64,000 nt of DNA from IMG/VR virus record IMGVR_UViG_3300037851_000192, positions 1 to 64,000 of that record. The stretch is one strand, 5' to 3'. Under the pieces are notes generated by a model that saw only the letters and a program-made list of their open reading frames with translations, was not told where the DNA came from and ran no database searches. Origin of the DNA: a virus. The translations under genes and the position numbers were made by a program. Numbering within the stretch: position 1 is the stretch's first letter; each line of letters opens with the position of its first letter. Shown one piece after another: positions 1 to 9,600 of the stretch.

Positions 1-1
1 C

Positions 2-250
2 GCGTCGATCCTCGACGCGCTCTCCGAGGAGTCGCAAAAGATCGCGGCGGACTTGAACGCCGAGATCGGCGAGGGCGGCATGACGAAGCGCAAGGCGCGC
101 AAGCGGATCGAGCGGTGCGAAGACGCCGAGGCGAAGCTCGCACGCTACGAGGTCCTTCTCGGCGTCAAGGCCGACGGGCTACGCGGCAAGCTCGAGGAGC
201 TTCGCGCGGCGCTCGCGGTGGTCATGCTCCAAGAGGACGCCGATGCCTGA
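2..250 (+). CDS. hypothetical protein, 5'-truncated at window edge
   Basis: Frame of ORF 53..250 stays open back to nt 2 (ASILDALSEESQKIAADL...); charged coiled-coil-like sequence. Confidence 0.4.
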   Translation, partial: ASILDALSEESQKIAADLNAEIGEGGMTKRKARKRIERCEDAEAKLARYEVLLGVKADGLRGKLEELRAALAVVMLQEDADA

Positions 251-770
251 ACGGTGCCCACAATGCGGGGGGCCTATGGTGGTCTCGGAGCCTTTCGAGC
301 GCGTGCACGAAACGGGATCGCCGGCGTGTCGCGCTCGAAAGCTCGCGATCGACCTCGACGCGGCCGAGCTTGTCGTCGTCACGAACCCCGAGGAGCGGCA
401 AGGCCTCGTGTTGCTCGGCGTGCCGGCGGTCTACCGTGACGTGAAGGGCACGGCGCGCAAAGGGCGCGGGCTTGATCAAGTCGCGCCGCGGTGGGCGCTC
501 GAGGCCTACCGGGCGTTGGCTCCGATGGCGAAGCGACAAGATCCGCGGAGCCAAGCCTTCCGCGTCATGATCGAGGAGTTCGGCGCGGGGCCCGACTTCA
601 CGCGGCGAGGCGCGGCCCACCTTGCCGAGATCCTCGAGGCGGTGGACGAGGACGAGGAGTTGAAGCGCGCGATCGTCGCGACGTCGATCATGGATCCCGA
701 TCCGGAGGCCGTGGTCGTGCTTGTCGAACAATGGGCAAGGGACAGAGCAAGAGCAAGGAGCAGAGCATGA
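243..770 (+). CDS. hypothetical zinc-ribbon protein
   Basis: ORF 243..770; N-terminal CPQCGG; stop overlaps next start (ATGA at 767-770). Confidence 0.55.
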   Translation: MPERCPQCGGPMVVSEPFERVHETGSPACRARKLAIDLDAAELVVVTNPEERQGLVLLGVPAVYRDVKGTARKGRGLDQVAPRWALEAYRALAPMAKRQDPRSQAFRVMIEEFGAGPDFTRRGAAHLAEILEAVDEDEELKRAIVATSIMDPDPEAVVVLVEQWARDRARARSRA

Positions 771-1285
771 GCCCGATCGAAGAACTCGCGGATATGGTGG
801 ACGGGATCGCGCGGGACCTCGCGCGGCGCGTGTGGTGGGCGGACGTCGAGGACCTTCGCGGCGTGGGGTGGATCGAGGGGCTCGCGGCGCTCGCGCGGTT
901 CGACACAACCAAGTCCACAAGCGGATCGATCAAGCCGTTCGCGCGGCTCCGAGTTCAACGCGGGATGACGCGCTACCTCTTGCAGAACTCGACCCCGGTC
1001 TCGGCGAGCGACCACGGGCGCTACGGCTTGATCGGTCTCACGCGGGCCGAGCTTGATCCGGGCATGCCGGACGAGCGCACGACCGAGGGCTCGCTCGTGT
1101 TCGAGCGGTGGCGTGCGCGCGTGGTCGTGCGGCTCCGCGAGGTTGTGCGAGACCCGAAGATCCTCGCCTCGCTCCTCGAGGGCGAGGCGCCGAGCACTCC
1201 GGCCGACGAGATCGCCGTGCTCGACGCGACACGCAAGATCGAACAAGACCCGGAGCTTCGTTTGCTTTGGGCGGAAACAACATGA
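767..1285 (+). CDS. sigma-70 region-2-like protein (putative phage transcription factor)
   Basis: Start at ATG 767 (ATGA overlap, AAGGAG 7 nt upstream). DVEDLRGVGWIEGLAALARFD...KPFARLRVQRGMTRYL resembles sigma-70 region 2.1-2.4. No clear region 4. Confidence 0.45.
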   Translation: MSPIEELADMVDGIARDLARRVWWADVEDLRGVGWIEGLAALARFDTTKSTSGSIKPFARLRVQRGMTRYLLQNSTPVSASDHGRYGLIGLTRAELDPGMPDERTTEGSLVFERWRARVVVRLREVVRDPKILASLLEGEAPSTPADEIAVLDATRKIEQDPELRLLWAETT

Positions 1286-1911
1286 AGCACAAGAAGATCC
1301 AAACCATCGCGCTCGACAAGCTACACGCTCGAGAGCGCAACCCGAACCGCATGAGCGCGGCAGACTACGCGGGGCTCGTAGCGTCGATCGACACGCGGGG
1401 CTTCCTTCAACCGATCCTCGCGCGGCCCGTGGCCGACGGCTTCGAGATCGTGGACGGCGCGCACCGATGGCGCGCGGCGGGCGAGGTCGGCTATGGGGAC
1501 GTGCCGTGCGTGCTCCTCGAGGAAGGCGACAACGCCGAGGAGATCGCGGCGGCGCTGCAAATCGGGATGAATAAGCTACGCGGCGAGCTTGACCTCGGCG
1601 ACGTGGCGCTCACGATGGCGGCGCTTGTCAAGTCGGGATGGGACGCCGAGGCGCTACAGGTCACGGGCTTCGACTCACGCGAGATCGACGATCTGCTCGC
1701 TTCGGTCGAAGGCGAGGACACGCGATCGCTTCTCGCGGGCAGCGACGCCGCGCTACCGGAAGACGACGAGAAGCCGGAGCCGACGACGTTCACGATCGAG
1801 ATCGAGGTCTCGAGCCGCGAAGAAATGACGCGCGCGAAGCGTGCGCTCCGGAAGGCTGGCAACGGCGATATGGGGCGCGGGCTCCTCGCCCTACTAGGGG
1901 ACGAATCATGA
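1282..1911 (+). CDS. ParB-like nuclease domain protein
   Basis: ATGA overlap start; IALDKLHARERNPNRM ... FEIVDGAHRWRAA (ParB N-terminal/DGHHR-type motif). Confidence 0.7.
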   Translation: MKHKKIQTIALDKLHARERNPNRMSAADYAGLVASIDTRGFLQPILARPVADGFEIVDGAHRWRAAGEVGYGDVPCVLLEEGDNAEEIAAALQIGMNKLRGELDLGDVALTMAALVKSGWDAEALQVTGFDSREIDDLLASVEGEDTRSLLAGSDAALPEDDEKPEPTTFTIEIEVSSREEMTRAKRALRKAGNGDMGRGLLALLGDES

Positions 1912-2192
1912 AGGCGGACGAGTTCAACTTGGCGGACGGCTTCGTGCCGGCAGCGGACGCGGCGGAGGCGCTCGGGATCGACGTGACCGCGGTCTACAAG
2001 GGGATCGAGGCGGGGCGCATCCCGGGCAAGTACGTTCCGGGCCTCGGGCGTTACGGGCGTTGGCTCGTGGACGCGGTGGCGCTCCTCGCGAAGCTCGATC
2101 CGAGCACGGCCGTCCAGATCCGCGAACGGGTGCAAGGCCTCGCGGATCGCGTGACGCACGCGAAGCGGGGGCGAAATGTGGCTCGAGGTTGA
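1908..2192 (+). CDS. small helix-turn-helix DNA-binding protein (excisionase/MerR-like)
   Basis: ATGA overlap start; AAEALGIDVTAVYKGIEAGRIPG HTH-like segment. Confidence 0.45.
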   Translation: MKADEFNLADGFVPAADAAEALGIDVTAVYKGIEAGRIPGKYVPGLGRYGRWLVDAVALLAKLDPSTAVQIRERVQGLADRVTHAKRGRNVARG

Positions 2193-3597
2193 CAACCTAC
2201 GGGCGAAGGTGACGCGCGCGAGCCCGGCCGAGCAAGATTGGCTCCTCGAGTACCTAACCTTTCCGGACACGGCCGCGAGGTTCTCGGGCAAGCGCGGGGG
2301 CGTCTCGCGAATGCTCAACCTCTTGGACGGGACGTTCCCGGCGGGCCTCGTCTCGCTCGTGGTGAAGGACGCGCCGGAGGTCGGCTTCAAGGTCGAGATC
2401 GCGGACAAGGGCGAGGCGGCCGAACCGGCAACGGACGCCGATCTCGCGTGGCTTCGGGACGATCAACGCGAGGCCGTGCGCCGTGCGCTCGACAAGCGGC
2501 GGGGCGTGCTTCATTTGCCAACGGGCAGCGGCAAGACGGAGATCGCGGTCGCGCTCGTGCGGTCCGTGCCGTGCGAGTGGCTTTTCCTCGTGCACCGGAC
2601 CACGCTCGGGCAGCAAGCGGCGGAGCGCTTCGACCGGCGCAACGCGGAGCACGGCGTCGATCTCGGGCCGGCGGGCGTGATCGGCGAGGGACAATGGATC
2701 GAGGGCGAGCGGTTGACGTGTGCCACGTTCCAAACGATGGTCGCGGCGCTCCGGTCCGGAGGTCGGGCGGGCGCGCGGGCCGTGGCGCTGCTCGGGCGCG
2801 TGGGCGGGATCATCGTGGACGAGTCGCACGTTCTCCCGGCGGACACGTTTTGGTCGGTGGCGATGAAGGCGGAGCGGGCCGCCTACCGGATCGGGCTCTC
2901 GGGAACTCCGCTCGCTCGAGGCGACCGGCGGAGCGTGCTCTCGATCGCGGCGCTCGGGCCGATCCTCTATCGGCTGCGCGCTCCCGAGCTTGTCGAGGCG
3001 GGGATCCTCGCGCGGCCGCATGTTCGGCTCGTGCCGTGCCGGCAGCTCACGGGGCGGCCGACGTTCGCGGGCGTCTATCAAGACCTCGTCGTGCGGTCGG
3101 CGGTCCGGAACGCGCTCTTGGTCGAGATCGCGAACAAGGCGGAGCGGCCGGCGTTCCTCTACGTGAAGGCGATCGAGCACGGAAAGATCGTCGAGCGCGA
3201 GCTTCTTCGCGCGGGGATCCCCGCGCGGTTCGTTTGGGGCACGCATTCGACCGAGTGGCGCAAGGCGGCGATCCGCGATCTCGTCGCGGGCCGGATCGAG
3301 GTCCTCGTCTGCTCGGTCGTGTTTCAGGAAGGCGTGGACGTGCCAAGCCTTCGGAGCGTGATCAACGGCGCGGCGGGGCGGAGCGTGATCGCGTCAATTC
3401 AGAAGGCGGGCCGCGGGATGCGCGTCGAGCGCGGGCGCGACGGCGAGATCCGCAAGGACGAGTTTTGGGTTTGGGATGTTCTCGACACGGGCGACAAGTG
3501 GCTCGAACGGGCAGCGCGTGACCGGCGACGGGCCTACATGAAAGAGGGGTACGAGACCGCCGAGATCCGGCTTGCCAAGGGCTCGGGTGCAGAGTAG
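2176..3597 (+). CDS. superfamily-2 DEAD/DEAH-box helicase
   Basis: LPTGSGKT (motif I), IIVDESH (motif II), SGTP (III), QKAGRGMR (VI). Confidence 0.8.
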   Translation: MWLEVDNLRAKVTRASPAEQDWLLEYLTFPDTAARFSGKRGGVSRMLNLLDGTFPAGLVSLVVKDAPEVGFKVEIADKGEAAEPATDADLAWLRDDQREAVRRALDKRRGVLHLPTGSGKTEIAVALVRSVPCEWLFLVHRTTLGQQAAERFDRRNAEHGVDLGPAGVIGEGQWIEGERLTCATFQTMVAALRSGGRAGARAVALLGRVGGIIVDESHVLPADTFWSVAMKAERAAYRIGLSGTPLARGDRRSVLSIAALGPILYRLRAPELVEAGILARPHVRLVPCRQLTGRPTFAGVYQDLVVRSAVRNALLVEIANKAERPAFLYVKAIEHGKIVERELLRAGIPARFVWGTHSTEWRKAAIRDLVAGRIEVLVCSVVFQEGVDVPSLRSVINGAAGRSVIASIQKAGRGMRVERGRDGEIRKDEFWVWDVLDTGDKWLERAARDRRRAYMKEGYETAEIRLAKGSGAE

Positions 3598-3600
3598 GAA

Positions 3601-3642
3601 TCGGACCACGCTTCGGGCCGTTTTCGCCGGCCTCGTGGTCGA
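3601..3642 (+). terminator. composite GC-rich hairpin just after the helicase stop (no U-tract)
   Basis: 3604-3610 pairs with 3634-3640; inner stem 3616-3620/3628-3632. Confidence 0.25.
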
Positions 3643-3655
3643 AAAGGAGGTGCTT

Positions 3656-3817
3656 GTGTTAGGATCGCGATCGCCCTTCGCGGGCAGGAATGAGCGCGCG
3701 CCGGTGCGCCGGACGGACTCGGAAGTTCCGAGCGTAACCTCCCTCGGAACATCGATCGGCCCGGTCGGCGGCGAAACGCCTCGCGCGTTCATTCCTGCCC
3801 GCGAGGCCGCACCATGA
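3656..3817 (+). CDS. small ORF (53 aa) translationally coupled to next gene
   Basis: GTG 3656 lies 5 nt after a strong AAGGAGG; stop overlaps ATG 3814 (ATGA). Also contains a 20-bp inverted repeat (see findings). Confidence 0.3.
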   Translation: MLGSRSPFAGRNERAPVRRTDSEVPSVTSLGTSIGPVGGETPRAFIPAREAAP

Positions 3818-5292
3818 GCCCCCCGATCGCGACGGGCTTCTACGCGGTGCGGCGGCTCCCGGTCTCGACGGTCGAGCGCAAGATCGGACCGAGCGCGCTC
3901 CGCGTGCTCCGGATGCTTTGGCGTTGGCGTGACGCCGAGGGCGTGGCCACCGTGACGCGCGAGAAGCTCGCGGGCTCAACCTTCGACTTCGCCCGGCTCT
4001 CGGTCGATTGCGTGCGGCTCGCGCTCCGGCGGCTGGCCGCGTGCGGCTTGGTAGAGAACCTCGGCTGGCGGACGGTACGGGCGCGCGACGGGGCGCTCCT
4101 CGAGGTCTACGCGCGGCGCGTCTACGGCGCCGAGGCCGAGGCCTCGACAATCGGAGAACGGGCTGCCCTTGCCGTTCCCGAGCCCGTGGCGGCGTGGATC
4201 TCGAGGCGGACGGCAGACGCTACCCGGGGGGGCGGCCGAGGCCGTGGCGGGGCTCCTCGAGGCAACACGAACTGGCAAGGCTCGGGCGCGAGTTATAGGC
4301 CGCAAGCTGCTAGGCGGCGGCTCGATCGGGCGCTCGAGGACGTGCGCCGGGGGCGGATCAAGGTAGACTCGGCGGCCGCCCGGCTCGAGGCCGCGGAGGC
4401 TCGAGAACGACGGCAAAGGGCCGAAAGCTCCAAACGGTCCGGAGTCAATGGATCGCGCCGAGGGGGGTCAATGGATCGCGCCGCTTATAGATCCTTCTCC
4501 GGATCCTTACCTCTCCCTTCTTCCCTTCGGGAAGAAGGGAGGGCGCCGGCTTCGCCGGCTGCGAGTTCTTCCTCGGTTGCGCCTCCGGCGCTCGGAGTCA
4601 ACCACGACGCGAAGCGACCGGCTCGAGGCGCCGACGATCACGGGCTACGACTCGGAGCGGCGACGCATAGCAGGCGCACTACTTCACAACCTCGAGGGCT
4701 CCCGAGCTATCCCACGATCCGGAGCGCGACGATCCCGAACCCGCCGATCATCGCTCCCGACGCTTCCGACGAAGAAGCGGCCCACGCTCTTGCGAGCGCC
4801 TACCGGGGCGCCTACGAGGCAGCAACGGGCAAAGCGTGCTGGGCTGCGCGGCTCCCGCAAGTCGTGCGGTCGAAGGCGTGGCGGCTGCTCCTCGAGGCCG
4901 GGGCGCTGCTCCGCGACGCGGCGGTGCCTCCGGCCGGTTGGGTTGTTTGGTCGTTCGAGGTTTGGCGCGGGCTCGGTCGAACGAAGAAGCCCCCGTCGCT
5001 CGTGTGGACGTTCTCGACCAAGCGGATCGGCGGCGACCTCGCGTGGTATCAACACGAGGGCTACGACGAGATCGGCGGCCGGAAGGTGAAGGGCCCGCTC
5101 GAGGACGCCTTCTACCCGCGCGACGCGGCGATGCGCGAGGCCGCGATCTGGACCGACGACGCGACCGAGGTTGTCGCGCGCTACTTCCCCGAGGGCTACG
5201 CCCAAGCCGTTGAAGCGGTGCAACGCGAGGCCGAGCAAATGCGCGCGAAGGTCGCGCGGCGGTTGGCGGCCGGCGAGTGGCTTTGGGGTTAG
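3814..5292 (+). CDS. winged-helix protein, putative replication initiator/helicase loader
   Basis: N-terminal wHTH-like LRVLRMLWRWRD...LALRRLAACGLVENLG; sits directly upstream of the DnaB-like helicase. Function inferred from position. Confidence 0.4.
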   Translation: MSPPIATGFYAVRRLPVSTVERKIGPSALRVLRMLWRWRDAEGVATVTREKLAGSTFDFARLSVDCVRLALRRLAACGLVENLGWRTVRARDGALLEVYARRVYGAEAEASTIGERAALAVPEPVAAWISRRTADATRGGGRGRGGAPRGNTNWQGSGASYRPQAARRRLDRALEDVRRGRIKVDSAAARLEAAEARERRQRAESSKRSGVNGSRRGGSMDRAAYRSFSGSLPLPSSLREEGRAPASPAASSSSVAPPALGVNHDAKRPARGADDHGLRLGAATHSRRTTSQPRGLPSYPTIRSATIPNPPIIAPDASDEEAAHALASAYRGAYEAATGKACWAARLPQVVRSKAWRLLLEAGALLRDAAVPPAGWVVWSFEVWRGLGRTKKPPSLVWTFSTKRIGGDLAWYQHEGYDEIGGRKVKGPLEDAFYPRDAAMREAAIWTDDATEVVARYFPEGYAQAVEAVQREAEQMRAKVARRLAAGEWLWG

Positions 5293-5293
5293 C

Positions 5294-6655
5294 ATGGCGG
5301 AACGGTATGCACTGACCGAAGACTACGAGCGCGCGGTAGCCTACTATTGCGCGGCGAGCCCGGCGTTCTTCGGGCGGGCCGGGCATTCAATCGATCCCGA
5401 GCGGATCGGGCAAGCGCCGGCGAAGCTCGTGATCGAGGCGTCGCGCGCGATCTGGCGTGACCGTGGGCGCGGGCCGGACTCTCCTCGCTCCGTGCTTCAA
5501 CGGATCCGGCGGTGGGTCGAAGACGGGCGCGTGCGCCATGACGATCTCATGCTGGCTTCGGACTTGTTCGACGCCTTCGAGGACGATCCGAAGCGGCCGG
5601 AGGAAGACGCCGTGATCGCCGAAGTGGTCCCGATCCTCCGGCGCGTCATGCAACAGGACGCGGCGATGGCGGCGACCGAGGACTTCGCCAAGGGGAACGA
5701 CTTCAAGCGCACACTTTCGATCGTCGAGAAGGCCGCGCGGCTTGGCGAGGTGGACGAGTCGATCGGCTTGAAGCTCGGCGAGGGGAGCGCGGCCGAGATC
5801 GAGACGATCCGGCGGCTCGAGAAGCTACCGCTCGGGATCCCCGAGCTTGATCACGCGCTCCGCGGCGGGATGCGTCGCGGGTGCTTCGGGCTCTTGATCG
5901 GTGGCACGGGCGACGGTAAGAGCATGGGCCTCGGGCACATCGCGGCGCATTCGCTCCGGCGCGGCTTGTTCGTCGCCTACGCTACGCTCGAGGTCATTCC
6001 GGCCGACGTCTTTGCGCGGATCGAGGCAAACCTTACGGGGATCCCGATCGACGCGATCCTCGAGGACGCGAGCGAGGCCGAGCGGCGGATCGCGGCGATC
6101 CCGGGCTTCGGGCTGCTCCGCGTGCACGAGTTCACGCCGCTTGCGACAACCTTTCCCGATATTGCGGCATGGGTTGACGCGATCGAGAAGGCCGAGGGCC
6201 GCGAGGTCGATCTGCTCGTGACGGACTACGGGGACAAGATCGGCGTTCCCAAGACGAAGGCGAAGGAGGCGGACGGCTCCTACAAGTCGGGGCTCGTCGT
6301 GTTCGAGGCGATGCGGAATTGGGCGAACCAGAAGCGGCGGTGGCACTGGTCCGCGAGCCAAGCGACGCGACGGAAGGACAAGAAGAAGCTACTCGAGGTA
6401 GACGACACGGCGGACAGCATGCACAAGGTCCGCGTGGCCGATCTCGTCGTGACCTTGAACCTTGACGGCGATCGGCAAATGACATTCAAGAACGCGAAGG
6501 CGCGGCACGGCGGGACGGGGACCGTGGTCGGGCCCGTGCCGACGGACTTCGAGCTTGGTCGGATCTGTCCCGTGGTCGAGATCCCGGCGGACGTCACGGG
6601 CGCCCAAGCCTTACAGGCAGACGACGCAACGCAACGGCTCGAGGTGCAAACGTGA
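5294..6655 (+). CDS. DnaB-like replicative helicase (RecA-fold)
   Basis: ATG 5294 within ORF 5171..6655; Walker A GGTGDGKS; Walker B DLLVTDYGD. Confidence 0.7.
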   Translation: MAERYALTEDYERAVAYYCAASPAFFGRAGHSIDPERIGQAPAKLVIEASRAIWRDRGRGPDSPRSVLQRIRRWVEDGRVRHDDLMLASDLFDAFEDDPKRPEEDAVIAEVVPILRRVMQQDAAMAATEDFAKGNDFKRTLSIVEKAARLGEVDESIGLKLGEGSAAEIETIRRLEKLPLGIPELDHALRGGMRRGCFGLLIGGTGDGKSMGLGHIAAHSLRRGLFVAYATLEVIPADVFARIEANLTGIPIDAILEDASEAERRIAAIPGFGLLRVHEFTPLATTFPDIAAWVDAIEKAEGREVDLLVTDYGDKIGVPKTKAKEADGSYKSGLVVFEAMRNWANQKRRWHWSASQATRRKDKKKLLEVDDTADSMHKVRVADLVVTLNLDGDRQMTFKNAKARHGGTGTVVGPVPTDFELGRICPVVEIPADVTGAQALQADDATQRLEVQT

Positions 6656-6990
6656 CAACGATCCGGACCGAGCACTTGCCGCTCTTGAAGCGGATCCTTC
6701 GGCGGTTGCAGCTCGACGACGTTTCGGGTTGCTGGACGTGGACCGGACAGACCTCGCGGGGCTACGGTCGGATCGACGTTGCGGGTCGGCGGCTGCTCGT
6801 GCATCGTGTCTTGTTCGGGCTGCTCGTTCGTGAGCCGGCGGCCGCGTTGAAGCTCGACCACGTTTGCCGGAATCGGCGATGCGCGAACCCCGCGCACCTT
6901 GAAGAAGTGACGAACCGAACGAACGTGATCCGTGGCGTGCTCTCGCGGCGCGCGGCGGGCACGCTTCCACTACCATTCGCGGAGAATTGA
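6652..6990 (+). CDS. HNH homing-type endonuclease
   Basis: CWTWTG...GYGRI...HRVLF...LDHVCRNRRCANPAHLE. Confidence 0.8.
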   Translation: MTTIRTEHLPLLKRILRRLQLDDVSGCWTWTGQTSRGYGRIDVAGRRLLVHRVLFGLLVREPAAALKLDHVCRNRRCANPAHLEEVTNRTNVIRGVLSRRAAGTLPLPFAEN

Positions 6991-6993
6991 ACC

Positions 6994-7650
6994 ATGCCAA
7001 GTTGGGAACCAGGGGAAGGGCCGCTCGTGTCGAGGCCGGCGCACGTTCCGCAGCACACGAGCGACACGGCGGAATGGTTCACGCCTCCGGAGATCATCGA
7101 AGCGGCGCGCGCAACGCTCGAGGGGATCGATCTTGATCCGGCGTCGTGCTCGCGTGCGAACGAGGCCGTGAAGGCCGTGCGGTTCTTCGGTGCGGGCTCC
7201 TCGGTCGAGAACGGGTTCACGACCGGATGGGCGGGGCGCGTCTTCCTAAACCCGCCCGGCGGTCGGTGCGACGAGCACGGCGTCCGGCTTGCGAAGGGCG
7301 GCAAGAGTGCGGCGAAGCGGTGGTGGGAGAAGCTCGCGAACGAGTGGGCTAGCGGCAACGTCGCGGCCGCCGTCTTCCTCGGCTTCTCGGTCGAGATCCT
7401 ACAGTCGACGCAAGTGAAGCCGAAGGCGCCGATCCCGTGCTCGTTCCCGTTGTGCTTCCCGTCGCGTCGCGTTGCCTTCATCGATCCAAGCGGTGCGCGC
7501 GTGACGGGCAACACGCACGCTTCCGTGATCGTCTACCTGCCGCCGCACGGAAAGGCCTACCGCGAAGGCGTCGAGCGCTTCGTCCGGGCGTTCGAGGAGA
7601 TCGGGGCGCTTTGCAACATTCCCGACGAGATCGCGGAGAACAGGGGGTAG
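6994..7650 (+). CDS. phage Dam-like DNA N6-adenine methyltransferase
   Basis: WFTPPEIIEAA...IDLDPAS...GWAGRVFLNPPGG (NPPY-type motif IV variant). Confidence 0.65.
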   Translation: MPSWEPGEGPLVSRPAHVPQHTSDTAEWFTPPEIIEAARATLEGIDLDPASCSRANEAVKAVRFFGAGSSVENGFTTGWAGRVFLNPPGGRCDEHGVRLAKGGKSAAKRWWEKLANEWASGNVAAAVFLGFSVEILQSTQVKPKAPIPCSFPLCFPSRRVAFIDPSGARVTGNTHASVIVYLPPHGKAYREGVERFVRAFEEIGALCNIPDEIAENRG

Positions 7651-7651
7651 C

Positions 7652-7879
7652 GTGTACGAGGTTGCCGGCGTTCGGTTCGTGCCTTCGGTCCGTCCGAAGA
7701 ACCCGCTCCGCGCGGTGCTCGTTCTCGCGTGCGGGCATGAGGTCGGGCCGGTCTCGAGTAACGCGGCGGTCGTGCGCGCGTGGGCTGCGCGGAAGTCGGC
7801 GGGGATCGCCGGACGGCCGTTGCGGCGCGGCGGGCGGCGTTGGCTTCGACGTTGCCCGACGTGCGAGGGCCGGACGTGA
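7652..7879 (+). CDS. hypothetical small protein
   Basis: ORF 7652..7879 (GTG start); C-terminal CPTC; GTGA overlap with primase start. Confidence 0.4.
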   Translation: MYEVAGVRFVPSVRPKNPLRAVLVLACGHEVGPVSSNAAVVRAWAARKSAGIAGRPLRRGGRRWLRRCPTCEGRT

Positions 7880-8790
7880 GCGAGCGCGACGATCTAGTCC
7901 TCGACGCGATCGCGGGCCGGCGTGTCACGTCTTCGGGTTGGGTTCGTGGGAACTGCCCGTTTTGCGAACTCCGCGTCGGCAAGCAAGATCGGCAGCAGTG
8001 TCTAGGGCTCGAGGTCGCGACGGGCTCGTGGCACTGCTTTCGGTGCGGCTCGGCCGGGCTGCTCCAAGAAGTTCCCGAGGACGTCGAGACGCTCGCGCGG
8101 AAGGCGCCCGATCTTCCGGACACGATGGAGCTACCCGAGGGCTTCTTGCCGTTGTACGCGGAGCCCGGCTTGTCGTTTCCGTTCACGGACGGCGCGCGGG
8201 CCTACCTCGAGGCGAAGCCCCCCGTCGGGCGTGGGCTACCTCGCGCGATCGCGAAGGCCGCGGGGATCGGCGTCGTGTTCTCGGGCCGCTACCGTGGGCG
8301 CGTGGTCGTGCCGATCCTCGACGTGAACGAGCACACGCTCGTCGGTTGGTCCGCGCGTTCCTACGTGGGCGACCCCTTGCGCTACCTCTACCCGCCCGGC
8401 ATGGAGCGGCGCTCGATCCTCTACAACGGCGCGGCGCTTTGGCGTGACGTGCCCGACCCGGTCTTCGTTGTCGAGGGCGTTTTCGACGCGCTTCCACTTT
8501 GGCCCGACGCCGTGGCGTGCCTTGGCAAGCCGAGCCCCCCGCAAGTCGAGGCGATGATCGCGAGCAAGCGGCCGATCGTCGTGCTCCTCGACGGCGATGC
8601 TTGGCGCGAATCGTTGGCGCTCATGCTCCGGCTACGGCTGCACAGCCGCAACGCGGCGTCGATCCGGCTACCGCCGGCGATGGATCCGGGCAAGCTCGGA
8701 GAGACCGTCGCGGGCGTGGCGGCGCTTCGGAGGGCAGGCGCGCGGGCGCTCGAGAAGGGCGCCCAAGTCGTATGGTCGGAGGCCGCCTAA
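7876..8790 (+). CDS. DNA primase (zinc finger + Toprim)
   Basis: GTG 7876; CPFC...CFRCG zinc finger; VVEGVFDA and LLDGDA Toprim motifs. Confidence 0.7.
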   Translation: MSERDDLVLDAIAGRRVTSSGWVRGNCPFCELRVGKQDRQQCLGLEVATGSWHCFRCGSAGLLQEVPEDVETLARKAPDLPDTMELPEGFLPLYAEPGLSFPFTDGARAYLEAKPPVGRGLPRAIAKAAGIGVVFSGRYRGRVVVPILDVNEHTLVGWSARSYVGDPLRYLYPPGMERRSILYNGAALWRDVPDPVFVVEGVFDALPLWPDAVACLGKPSPPQVEAMIASKRPIVVLLDGDAWRESLALMLRLRLHSRNAASIRLPPAMDPGKLGETVAGVAALRRAGARALEKGAQVVWSEAA

Positions 8791-8791
8791 C

Positions 8792-8995
8792 ATGGGTCCG
8801 GTTGTCGAGTTCGATGGTTGCGAGGCGCTACGGGAGACCGATCTAGCGATCCTCGTCCGCTTCGAGGACGGGCGCGAGGAGTGGATCCCGAAGTCGCAAA
8901 TCGCAGACGACTCCGAGGTCTTCGACGCGGACGAGAACCGGGCCGGGACGTTGGTCGTGACCGAGTGGATCGCAGAACAGAAGGGGCTAGCATGA
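8792..8995 (+). CDS. hypothetical protein
   Basis: ATG 8792 within ORF 8597..8995; MGPVVEFDGCEALRETDLAILV... Confidence 0.5.
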   Translation: MGPVVEFDGCEALRETDLAILVRFEDGREEWIPKSQIADDSEVFDADENRAGTLVVTEWIAEQKGLA

Positions 8996-9600
8996 AGATC
9001 GAGACATTCGCGGGCGTGTTTCAATTCAACGGCGCGGAGCGGCGCTTTGCGCTCGAGGGCGACGCGCTTCGGATCGGGCCGCTCTCGGTCAACGAAGCAA
9101 GCGGCTTGCTCTCGGCGATCGAGGACCGCGAGGGCGTGCAACCTGCCGAGCCCGTGAAGGTAAAGGCCGAGCCCGTCGAGCTTGCGGGCGGCACGAAGGC
9201 CGCGGGCCGTGTGAAGAAGCCCGCGGAGGCTCGACCCGAGCCCGTGAAGGCGGAGCCCCCGAGGCAAGTTGAGCTACCGAAGGTCGAGCCCGTGAAGGCG
9301 GAGCCGGAGCCGGCCGACGAGGCCGAGATCCCGTTCGGTAAGCCGGAGGCCGAGGCGAGCCCGGACAACGGCGGAGGCGTGGCCGAGACCGTGAAGGCGG
9401 GCGACGCGGCGGGGCGTCTCGACTTGTCCGCGGCGAAGCGCTTGGCCGACGTGATCTCGGCGTTGCAAGAGCAAGGGATCACGGACGCGGAGGCCTTGAT
9501 CGCGGAGTGCGAGCGGCTCCGGCCCGAGGTTCCGCTCCTTGCGCGGATCCCCGATATGCGCGATCGCGTCGAGCGAACTCTCGCCACGCTTGGACAATGA
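8992..9600 (+). CDS. hypothetical protein with Pro/Glu/Lys/Val-rich linker
   Basis: ATGA overlap start 8992; repeated EPVKAEP-type linker. Confidence 0.5.
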   Translation: MKIETFAGVFQFNGAERRFALEGDALRIGPLSVNEASGLLSAIEDREGVQPAEPVKVKAEPVELAGGTKAAGRVKKPAEARPEPVKAEPPRQVELPKVEPVKAEPEPADEAEIPFGKPEAEASPDNGGGVAETVKAGDAAGRLDLSAAKRLADVISALQEQGITDAEALIAECERLRPEVPLLARIPDMRDRVERTLATLGQ

